NCBI GenBank assembly: GCA_002633005.1
Contig: NMRA01000108.1
Span: forward strand, 353,006-417,005
Reading direction: 5' to 3'
Source: Phoronis australis
Lineage: Eukaryota; Animalia; Phoronida
DNA: 64,000 bases
Shown: positions 35,701 to 47,700 of the stretch, piece by piece
Numbering within the stretch: the stretch's first letter is position 1
How the letters are laid out: the number at the start of each line of letters is the position of its first letter
Notes under the pieces: model-generated
Seen by the model: only the letters and a program-made list of their open reading frames with translations
The model's database searches: none
Told to the model about the DNA's origin: nothing
Translations under genes and position numbers: made by a program

Positions 35701-38700
35701 ACGTTTCTAGCTGACTTAGTCCTTGAAATTTGATTTCATGAAAGAATGAGTCTCCACCATTCGCTTGAAATTTCAGTAGTCTTAGCTCGGTATTTTCAGG
35801 AAAAATTATGTTTTTGCCTGTATTATTGGAAAGATTGCAAAACGTGATGGAAAATGAGACTGTTCTCTGTAAGAATGTGCCGGTGCTCCATACGACTTCT
35901 GCATGCTTATTGCTGCAATAAATGTCCAAATTCAAATATTCCATTTCTTGGCAGTTTTCAAGTATCATCCTTGCTTGTTTGTCAACATGAAATCGATCCT
36001 TGATCGAACACGTCACCTCTCTGACCCTGTAAATCTTCGTTTTTGATGTTGGTGATATGAATGTGGTGTTATGTTTGCACACACATTCGGGGGGACAGTA
36101 GGAGAAGACCCCTGCTAACGGTAGCAAGGCAATGGTGGTTACAACTAAAATGCTTCTCGAATACTTGATCTGAAAAGAAAGACGGAAATCTATATTACAC
36201 CTTTTGTAGAAATAAAAAACATTGTATAAACTGTCTTCTAATGGGCTTGTCCTGTAATACGACAGCATCACTTTCATTCAAAAGGTATTTACCCAAAATG
36301 CAACACATGTATCAAGCACTTGTTTAGCCTCTTCACATTCAAATGTACTAGTCACTATATCGTGTGTATTTATAATGTTGTTTGTTTTTCATCATTGCGA
36401 TACAGGCGTGCTTGTATTACTTCATTTTGAGTTGCATTTTTTGACGCCAAGAAATTGTCTTGGTAAAATAGACGAACTTGAGTGCTAGATGTGCATTGCA
36501 TTGTTCTTCCTGACATTTTGAAAGTAATTGTCATGCAATGTATTTTTCTATCTGCACGAAAGAGGAGAGTTCTATCTGGGATTGGCCAATTCAAATGAAG
36601 CTTTTTGAAAGTGTCACATTCCATTTTTTGAAAGGTCAAAACTAAGGTTTCTAAAAGTGCTTAGAATTTCCCCTTGTGTTGATTAGTGATTGACTTTGTG
36701 CAACAGTGAAGTCAGATCCTGTTTATATTTGTTTTACCCACACATCCACATGAGGATGCATACTGCCATCCTCTCCATCCCATTGTCCGGCATCCACTGA
36801 TGCATCTCCTAAAGGCCGGGCAGGACCTTCATGGAATTTCACCAGGTGTGCTGAGCACTGTGAAGATCTTGACAGAGAATGTTGACTCTCAGACAGATCC
36901 AACTATTTCTGAGTCACTTAATGGCAATTCTAAGATTTAACGTTTGCCTCTATAACTGTGGTCTTGTTTGTTGTATCTTTAATTTACTCTCTGGATCTTT
37001 ATCAAATTTGGCAAATATTTTTTGTCAGTGGGACTTGAGCTATTGAAGAACATTTTGTGTGCACTTTCACCTGGAAATTTACTTTTTAAATAAAGTATTT
37101 CTGATTCATAGTTTGAAAAGTTCCCGTGTTTCAAGTTACACATATTCCATAAAAAGCAAAGTTTATATGGAGTAAACTGTCACATATGTTGAGCATTAGA
37201 GGGTGCTGTTAAAACAGCTTTTACCAATCACAAGCTGTAGTAAGAGACACACTTTTGGTACCCGTGGTAGATGCATACGGAATAGTTCCATGTGTACTAG
37301 AATAAGAAATCTTTGGTTGATAGATAAAAAGTACTATTACTAGAAGTTGTTCTTAAATCTGACCTGTGTTTGTAGGGATAACATACGTCAGGGTATTTTT
37401 GGCAATGTTTTCAGCGACCTGGATTAATAACCAATTGCTATGGATTTAGTCAGTCAAGTGTAGTGTTGGAACTATGATAATTTGTATAACATTATGTTTT
37501 GTTCATTTTGAAAAAGTGGTGTCGTGTTGAAAAGACATCTTTTGAGAATAGTTAAATTTAAAAAAGCTGGTTTGCACTAAAATTTATTTTGTTCTTATAA
37601 TGGAAATATAAAGCCCACAAGGTATCTTTTTGTTATCTGTGAGTATTGTAACCACGGTTACTCTCTTTTAAGTCGGAATTATTAAAAACTACATGTTAGA
37701 ATAAAATATAAACTATGTAATGCTATATCAAGTACTAAAAGGGAAAACAGAGTCCATATTTGACATTTCTCACATGTTTTTCACATTTCCAACCATTTCA
37801 GTGCCCTACGTAATAAATTTTGGTTGTTTGATATCACTTCTACAGCATGTACGATCATAGTTGTGAGACCAGGGATATTTAATGGAACTGCATTAGACTT
37901 TGTCGAATTACAGAGTTTAGTCCAGACACTTCTAAAAAATCTATTTGTTACCAAAACACTGTTTGAGCAAAATACATATTTCCTGAAAACACGTTGCCAC
38001 AAACAAGTTTCTACGAATAAATGAAGGGCAGACACCAATACTTCATTAAATAATTACAAAGAATCAACTTTGTGTACAATTGAAATATTGGATCATTGCA
38101 ATTGACCAAAAGTAAACAATTTTGGGGTGTAAATTAAAATGCAGATTAATATTCAATTTTTGGTCTGTCGCATAGATCAATGAACGTGGAATAACACAAC
38201 TTTGTTCTCCAATATTACTACGGTGATCACCCAAATTGTTCCAAGAGTTTTACTATTGATTGTAATGTAAATGACTACTTCAATATGGAGATTATGGCCA
38301 TTGTAGGTTGGGGGGCAAAAGTATTGTCAGACAAACTGACCAAAATTTGATGAAATAGAATTTTGTGTGTTGAATCGGCACCTTTTTATGACCCTCTGGT
38401 CTGCCCTGATTGTGATGTGGTATGAGCATTTCTGGTAACTGTTGATAAAAACTAATCCTTCAGATCGGCTTTTGTTCTACCTTTTGTTATGATTTTCCTC
38501 ACATTTCCATTTCATAAATGCTCTTCGTCAACAAAATGTCACTGCCCTTCTGTTACTGTTTCAGCTGAAGCAGCTTGAAAACCTAAATTCACCATTTGAT
38601 TAGTGTAAGCACCAAAACGATCCAGGTATTTGTAATTTAAAGTAATTTTATATTCTACTACCAGGTGGGGTGTCATTTTTTGAAAGCATATGATTACTGC

Positions 38701-41700
38701 TATTTGACCTATTTATTCATTTAAAGCCTATTCATCACAAGTTTGGTGTAAACATCGGAATGATCCAGGTATTAGTAATTTAAAGTAATTTATCACTGGG
38801 TGGGGTTTGATTTTTTTAAAGCATATTTTTAGTGCTACTTGACCTTTTTATTCATTTAACTATGTATACCGGTATGTATCTGTTAAATTGTCCAAGGCAA
38901 GACTTCAGTTATGGTGCATTGTACACAAATTACTCCAAATTTCAGTATGTCGTCATTTTTCACCAAATTCATTGGCAAATTACACGAAAATGTGCAGCTT
39001 TGAATTTTGGGAAATTTTTAAATTTTGAAAAGTAAACTCGATTGCGGTGGAAAACAAAAGAAAATTGCCTGGTGAAAGTAGTCACAAAACCTTTTTAAGC
39101 TCCTTCATTTCAGGGCCCATGGACTATACTCGTTAGTTTCACAGACACAGTGCTACTTAAACATTTTTGTGTCGAGCCGACTGCTAGTGCAACCTAGTGG
39201 TGATTTTAGTACTTCTGTGTCTGCTTTTGGCATCCACCTTTCTTTCTTTCTGCCAAACAGTTCAGAGGATTGGTGTGAAATTTGAGGCCTTTTTCCTATT
39301 GACATGGGCAGGGTTACCATGGATTTCCAGGTGGATCTGAAAAGTGCCATGCCTCCTAGTGGCAGTTTTTCTGCCTACCTCAATATCTGCCCGGTTCATA
39401 GTATCTTAATCTGTCTTGCCACAGATTCATAGCTTACCATGTTCAGTGATGTGCAACCAATAGGTGCAGAACACCGAGTCTCCACTCACGAGCCCTAAAC
39501 CATAGATTTCCTATGAAAACTGTCAGACCGCCAACTTCTAGATCAGATATAAGTCTTGTGCTTCAATCCAATGTATTTCACTATGCCTCAAATATGAATA
39601 TAAAGTAAAGCACATGGGTTGAGTGCTGCCTTTAGTGTACCATCATCTCATCAGCGCGTTGGAAGGTGGTCTTATCAGATCAGTTTGTACTTGACACGTC
39701 TTCTCAAACAAATGAATCCACCTGACTTGGTGAAGTGGTAAATTCTGCACACTTTTATTTTCTGCGATGATTACGCGCCAAATCTCATTTGTTATACCTA
39801 TCAAGCTCTTTAATGTGTGAATTCTTCAGTGTTGTCCTGAACTGCCTGCTCTGTTGATCATCAGGTCGCCATCTCCCCCTTTTACATTCTGTAGAAAGCA
39901 AACACTTCAGTAAGTCTTCTGTCTGACATCTCTGCTTAGCAATACGTTGAATTTTGTTTGGTCTTGTCATGATGAAGCAGTGTGCCCTGGTTTTGTATTG
40001 TGCTGGGTATTGTTAGACATCACATTGAGCTGAGCTCATATTTTATTGATCCTGGTAAGGTTGTATCAGGTTTGAATAGTGCATACTATGTATGTGCTGG
40101 TGGATCTCATGGTTTTGTATTAAATGTGTTGTTATGATGAAAGGTGATATTTAGCCTGGTTCTGGATTTATGGTCAGGCCAAAACCATAGCCTGTGTTAA
40201 ACTACCTTATAGAGATCCATGTAGAGATGAGTTGGGAATTTGGTACCATATTTATGATAAATCAGTCAATCATTTCTCTGTTGTAGATAATGGAAATTGA
40301 AAATTTTTGGATTAGCTTTGGTTTGCTGGATTGTAAAGTGTCTGTCGTTCATCAGAATTTGTGTTTTGCATTTAAATCTATTGATAAGGTTATTTTTAAG
40401 TCAAGCATCTAGAGTCTAGTTATACTTAAACTGTTATTTCCCTTTTTTTAGTAGTTTTCATCTGCCCTAAATAATTTGACAACTCCTCTTTCTGTAGATT
40501 AAGCTAAAGCAACACTGCTTTCAATCATCAGTTTTGTATTTTTCAGTTCATGCATGTCTTTATATAGCAGGTGCTTTATTTTCAAGTGCCAAACAAAACC
40601 AACTTTTTTTAAGTCTTTGGAAATGAAATGTAGGCACGGGAACTGGGAACTATTGTTGCTATGGTTACTTAAGACTTTATCGACAAGTCTGTATATTCAG
40701 CCAAATATTTAACTTTTAAGTAAAAGTATTTGGTTTTTCTGAAAGTAGAAATCTTGTAAAATCTGCCATTGATTAGGTCATTTGACCATGTGGGCTTTTA
40801 GCAAAATGAATACATTCACACTTAGCAAAACAATGGTGTCAATAACATGACTGAATTCTATTTGCTTTAAAAGTTCGTGATAAAGTCTCAAAATACTGTT
40901 GCAGTTTCAATTATCATTTATTTTTGTTTTGTAAAACTGCATTCTTTTCATGAAAATCATAAAATTAAATGTCTCATTTTATGTTCCTCTTCCAAAAGTT
41001 GATCATTTTAAAAATAATTTGTAACAGTGTTTTGTCAAACAATGGATAAACCATAGTATCCGGAAGTTTCATTTGAATTCAATCTTTTTTGAGGTTTAAT
41101 GTCAGTTTTAAATTTGGACATTTTTATTGAGTTCTACACTCAACCTTAAACTTATGTCTGACATACTGGTGATTTAACTGACGAGAGGGCAAATCTTACA
41201 TAATGTAGTATGTCAAACTTCTGAATTTTCGTGGCAGCTAGAGTGACTAAGTGACCCATTGGACTGTTGATTTGAGAAACCTTCTCAGGTTTGACCAGTC
41301 TTCCTTTGTGGTTGTGGTGAATGAAATTTGGTGGACTGGAGGTGGCGCTCTTTTCGATATCTGAATTGCATAAATGCTCCTGAATTGAACTCTTAGAATT
41401 GTCTTATCAGGTTCTTCTCTAGAGAAGTTTTCAAGTCTGTTGACATCTTTCTCATTCAGGAAAATTGACAGATTTTCCATATGTTGACGTGTGCTATTCT
41501 ACATAGACCATGTGATGCCATAACTTTCTGAACACACCCTTGTTTAGTACAACTGGAGGATGTTGAGCTGCTGAACAGATTGTTGAAACAGCTCATGATG
41601 TTGATGTAATACTTTTATGGTGTATTTCAGCTCTCTACAAGAACAGCAGAAGTCATTGCAGACGGATGTAGATAGGCTCACAGAACAAGTGGCACGCTCT

Positions 41701-44700
41701 GAAGGCGAAGTCTGTCGGCTGAGCGAGCTTCTAAGAAAAAAGGTTATCTGTGTAATATTGACCTAGTGGTGGTACATCAAGGTCATGTGGGACTGCATTG
41801 ACAAGTCTGCCTAATATCTGCAAAACTGTAAATTTTAAACCAGTGTATATTTTCTGAAAGTAGAAAGCACGGAGAAATTGATTTGGGGCTTTATATTAAT
41901 CTGACATTCGTTGAGTTAAGTAACCATGTCTTTTGATTAAAATTTCGCAAGAAAGAAATAGCAAAAAGGTATCAGTACCCTGTCCAACTTCATTAAACAT
42001 AAGTGTTAGTTTTCTAAATGGTCCTTTCGGTTTTGTATTATGCAACTTTGTTTTGTTTTTCAAAAAAAAAACTTTTTGACAGCCCCTCATGCAAAATTGA
42101 ACTACTTCACAGGGTTTAACATGAATCTGGTCAACCATTTCTGAGGAGTGGAGTGGTGTTCTGAAATTAGTCTAAAGTTCGGACATTTTTCTAGGGTCCT
42201 ACATAACATAAGTGGTGACAGTATAGAAGAATCTCTTTGATTTTGGTCAAACACAAATAGTTCTAACATTGCTGTGAATGTCCACAGTTTTTCAAACAAT
42301 TGTTTAGTGGTGGCTGTTGTACAAACAATAAGTCTCATATCGCTGGTGGAACGCGGGCCACCCCAGACCGAAGTAACAACTTTTTTTAAAGTTCGCTTCT
42401 TTTTTGCAGAATGAAGAGAGGAATTGTGATGCTCGAGACGCACGACAGTACGAAGCGGAAGTATGCAGGGTAAGGTCATTGAAGGTTATGAGACAAATTA
42501 TTCTAGTGTCCAGTTCTCTGACACAATTTTTCTTCTGCTATAAAATTGGAATTTGAATCTTAAAAGATTATGCAGCCTTTTCATTCAACGCAGTAGCACG
42601 ATTTGACATTTTTTTGTGACGCATTTCAGCATTGGGGTATAGTTACTTTTAGTATGACACAAAGAAACAAGAAAATATCCCATAAGGCAGTGAGAGCATC
42701 ACGTTATTTAATCCTCATGACCGACTATAAATGGCTGGGTAACTTAGGAAAGCAACGAGTCTTTTCAAATTTTAATAAAGAGTATTCAAACCCTCTGTTG
42801 CAAAGTTTAGGCTGCAGCGAGCGTTATGATATTAATTCACAAGCACATCACAGGAAGCTCATTGAAGACTCCGGGGCATCAGAATGCAATCCTAAAAAAT
42901 CTTCAGTATTTGATGTCTACTTTGGTGACAAAGCGTCAACAAATACCTGGGAATTTTCACAGATTAAGCCTCCTAGTAAATGCCCCTGGACATTTATTAT
43001 AATTGTTATTTTCTGAACAAATATCCATGATTGTCTTGTTAGGTGTCACAACTAGTGGTTTCAAGTGTCCAGATATCAGAGCGCTCATTCTGAAAATTTT
43101 TCTTCTTAAAAGGTCTCTCACCTTCACGGTTTTACAACATTACAGTTTTTTTTTAAGTATTACCAATAAACCTAGAATAGCTGTCTCACAAGTTAGAATA
43201 CACATCATGTTTTATGCTGACATTTTCATAGCCATACATAAAGAAGCTAGCCAAGGCTTTTACTTTTGGTGTAAGTGCACCCCCTTTTCCGAACAAATGT
43301 CCAGGCGTTTATTAGGGGCTACTGAAGTGCCTGAAAAATGTCATTTTCCGAATACATGCCCATGGGTGTATCTGCAGAAATTATATGGTTTTCAGAATAT
43401 TCACCTCTTGTTTACCCATTCCAATCTCACTGGAACTCGACTGGTAAAATACGGCGTAAAGTTTTCTGCTGTCGCGTGATTTGTCGAGAAGTTGACAAAA
43501 ATTGTCCGCAAATTATTTGCAAACCTGGTGTCAATTGTTATTTAACCGTAGTGTAACTTAGCTTCTTAAATAAATGGCTAGTTAATTTTAGTTACGTGCC
43601 AAAATTGAGTCGATGGAGGACAGCCATGACTCACAGCTGGAGGGTATGAAAGTTCAGATGGCCAACTTGACCGAGGAGTTACACCAGCGGAATACGGCAT
43701 TCTCTAATGTCACCGATAAACTGGCGCACACCGAGTTTCAATACAAACAGGAAGTGATCAAGCACCAGAAGGATATATCTGACTTTGAGGTGTGTTGCAA
43801 GTTATTACTTAGTTGCAAGTTGCATTAATCCTGTTCGTGTTTATCGCACCAGATAAAGTGAACAAGAAAAAATTGTTGCTTTTTTGTCAAATTTCTCAAC
43901 GAAATTGAAAACGAACTGTATTGCTCAGTGTTTGCTTCATAGAACAGCAGTTGGAAAATTTTCGATTATCTGCAGTAACGTAATCAGCCTCGGAGAAATA
44001 GAAAACAAAATTTGCCAATTATTTTTGTGCCAAATAAGTGAAAAATTATTGAGCTCACCATGGAAGATTTGAAACTACAACTAAGGGATTATTTCTATTT
44101 GTGAAATAAAAGTCGCGTAAAATTTCACCCTCCCCTTCACCTGTAAAGTTTGACTCAGCTGTCTACTACTATAGGGTCTATACTTACTGCGTGTTTCCAC
44201 TGAAAAAGTAGCCCTATTTAGGAGTTCATAGTTGTCAAGAAATACAATTGAATGAAAGTATCTCCTAGCCCCAACTGAAATCAGAAAAACAAGCTTAAGG
44301 TCAGGAACAAAACTGACCAAAAATATATTAAAAGAAAACAGAACCGATTTTTTACACATTATATGTGCTTCACTTGTCTGTCAGAGTGTCTGGTGACAAT
44401 TTTCGGTCATAAAAACTAACTTTTTAGTGGAAATTTTTTTGGCTTCATTGAAGTTAAAGTGCGTGGAAACATTAAGACAAACTAACTCAACCCATTGGAA
44501 AATTTGCTAGAATTGTTCTAGCCTACTAATTTTTACGAGAAAAGATGTCGTAAACTGTGTTTGAAAATTGTAATTTGTACTTTGAAAGATTGCTGTGATG
44601 TCATTGTCAAACATAAAAGTGATGTTGACATGATCTTCCCCTTCAGCTAACCAAAGCACAGCTGGATGCCTTGCGACATGAGAACAAACACTTGAAGCAA

Positions 44701-47700
44701 GCTGTGATCTCTCAGCAGGAGACAGCTAATGACGTGAGCAAGTTTGAGAACATGCTGAGAAAACTGGAAGGAGAGTATAACCACGCTGTGGAGAAACTAC
44801 AGGTGGGTTATGACAAATTACAGGTGGGCTATGTGACTGTTTAGAACCGAGTCTTTGGCCCAAGATCCAAATGAATCTCTGAGCACAAAGTGTGCTTCAG
44901 TTTGTTCCGTAGATGCAAGAATCACGCGAGTAAAAAATGTTTTTTGCGAATATGCTCAGGAGCTTCCTAGCGTAGACTTACTAAAATGACGGCCACTCAG
45001 GTCGTTGGTCGGTGAGGTTGGAATGTTGAATTATGAGATAGAATTCTGAATTATGCAACAGAATTCCTTGTTTCCGTTCCATAACCATAGATGCATTTTC
45101 TCACTGCAAGTTCTAGGCAAATATTTTGGGCTTATGGAGCGCATCCTGGATGTCTGAACGTTTATTTTATGGCAAGTCAACAAATGCTAGTTACTCACTA
45201 GGAATACCACGTACTTGGAGGTTATCCTTGTTGAGTGCTTCCTTAATAGATGATACAGACAGCAGTCGTGTGATTCGTAAAGCAACTCAAATTTATTGTA
45301 AGAAAGCCGAGATCACGCAAGAACACGAAATCATGAGAACGAAAAGCGAGTATTTCATGAGTAAGGTCTAAACCTAGCTTGCGTACTTTACCAAAATGGC
45401 TGCCTCTGAAAATATTAGTTGGCAAGACTGGAATGTTGGATTATGCCAGAAAAATCAAGTTTTCTGTTTCGTTAATGAAAATTTGTCACTGCGAGTGTCT
45501 CGCAAATCTGTTGTTGTTAATGGAATGCAGCCCAGGCGTGCATTTAGTAAGTGCGAGAACCTTGCGAATTAACAAGGTCATGCAATACTTCAAATCATGA
45601 GACCACAGGAGCTTTAAGTCGCAACATTTGTACATCTACGATCGGTTGCTTGTAATGAGCATCCCATCAGCCATTCCACCATTACCCGAACCTATGATTT
45701 ACATAACAAGATAGCATGTTGATTGTGGTTTACGTTAGTAACAAGATTTCATGTTGATTCATTATTGATCTTGGGAGGCAACAGAATCAGTGGCATGTCG
45801 ATGGTCTTGGCATGNGTTGGTCGGTGAGGTTGGAATGTTGAATTATGAGATAGAATTCTGAATTATGCAACAGAATTCCTTGTTTCCGTTCCATAACCAT
45901 AGATGCATTTTCTCACTGCAAGTTCTAGGCAAATATTTTGGGCTTAGGGAGCGCATCCTGGATGTCTGAACGTTTATTTTATGGCAAATCAACAAATGCT
46001 AGTTACTCACTAGGAATACCACGTACTTGGAGGTTATCCTTGTTGAGTGCTTCCTTAATAGATGATACAGACAGCAGTCGTGTGATTCGTAAAGCAACTC
46101 AAATTTATTGTAAGAAAGCCGAGATCACGCAAGAACACGAAATCACGAGAACGAAAAGCGAGTATTTCATGAGTAAGGTCTAAACCTAGCTTGCGTACTT
46201 TACCAAAATGGCTGCCTCTGAAAATATTAGTTGGCAAGACTGGAATGTTGGATTATGCCAGAAAAGTCAAGTTTTCTGTTTCGTTAATGAAAATTTGTCA
46301 CTGCGAGTGTCTCGCAAATCTGTTGTTAATGGAATGCAGCCCAGGCGTGCATTTAGTAAGTGCGAGAACCTTGCGAATTAACAAGGTCATGCAATACTTC
46401 AAATCATGTGACCACAGGAGCTTTAAGTCGCAACATTTGTACATCTACGATCGGTTGCTTGTAATGAGCATCCCATCAGCCATTCCACCATTACCCGAAC
46501 CTATGATTTACAAAGCAAGATAGCATGTTGATTGTGGTTTACGTTAGTAACGAGATTTCATGTCGATTCATTATTGATCTTGGGAGGCAACAGAATCAGT
46601 GGCGTGTCGATGGTCTTCGCATGTTAACTGTTCAATGTTGTGGCACACCTCATTTGCATAGGTCTACTGTTGATCAGCCTGTCGATAAGTTACTGTCATG
46701 TACCATTTTACGAAGGATCTTTGCATATCGGCATGTATAGCTTTCCCAAACAATACTCGGGTATTTTTCATTTGAGTAATATTACATTCCAGTTCGGGAC
46801 TTAATGAGATACTCCCTTTTTAAATAAGATCGACTTGGATTTAAAAATGTGCAGAACAGCTAGGCTGAGGCCATGTCACATCAGCAGGCTCACCAATAGG
46901 GGGCCTACATGAAGGGTGTGCTCAGCAACTGTAACCATTTAAAGGATCACTGACACAACTGCTTAGTCTGTCAACAACTTTGTTAATGATAAATGTCTGA
47001 TTCCAGTTATTATAAAATTTATAACAAATCATGAATATATTGTGAAAGTGTATAAAACAGTGGCTGAAGTTTAGTTCACCTCAGAAGGGTTAACAATCAA
47101 TGCGAAGATTATCCATGCTTTTTGTGCTTTCATTGGTTGATTAATCTTTTAACAGTATTATTACGTTGCCCTAAAACCTTGGGAAATGATGTAAACTGTC
47201 GGCGTGCTTTTAAAGTTCTTGTAATGGGTTTGATGTTGAGATTTGTATCATCGCGCCATTGTTATGCCTGCTGCAGATGGAAAACCGAAAGTTGAGAGAA
47301 GATCTTGACAATATGAGGATGGAGCGATCATCTGGAAGTAAAAAGTCAGACAGAAGTACTTCTGGGAATAAAAGGTGAGTCGAGCATGCTTCGCTGGTTA
47401 TTAAATTTTATTTTGTGGGACAAAATGTTATGAAGTTGATGATTTAAAAGTAATGCTCTTTCTTAAAATCATAAAAAAATAATTTATTGGTTTTCTAGGA
47501 ATATTAAAACTGTAGGTGACATAATATTATAAGTAGCTTATCTCACGTCAGATATTTGATGACTTTTGGACCACTGTACACACTTCAGTTAACGTACAGC
47601 TTCATGTGGAGCACGGTAGAAATAAGGTCTTTTACTTTTTCATGTCTTTTTTACATTGATTGTCCTGAACTTATTTTTTGTACTTCTATCATAATCTCAT

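Noticed and set aside
36170-36277. ORF-track N-terminus of the TLR (MKVMLSYY...)
   Set aside because: It places ~36 non-signal residues before the hydrophobic signal peptide and runs through a pyrimidine tract and CAG acceptor, so it is more likely intron.
42603-43556. Relatively long ORFs (137 and 158 aa) in a CEP63 intron
   Set aside because: They have non-ATG starts, a composition typical of AT-rich non-coding DNA and no recognisable domain.
45004-46623. Duplicated ORF sets (45126/45938, 45243/46055, 45379/46191) suggesting a tandem gene pair
   Set aside because: The ORFs resemble no known protein and lie in a CEP63 intron. The duplication is joined by a single n, which is typical of overlapping haplotype contig ends.
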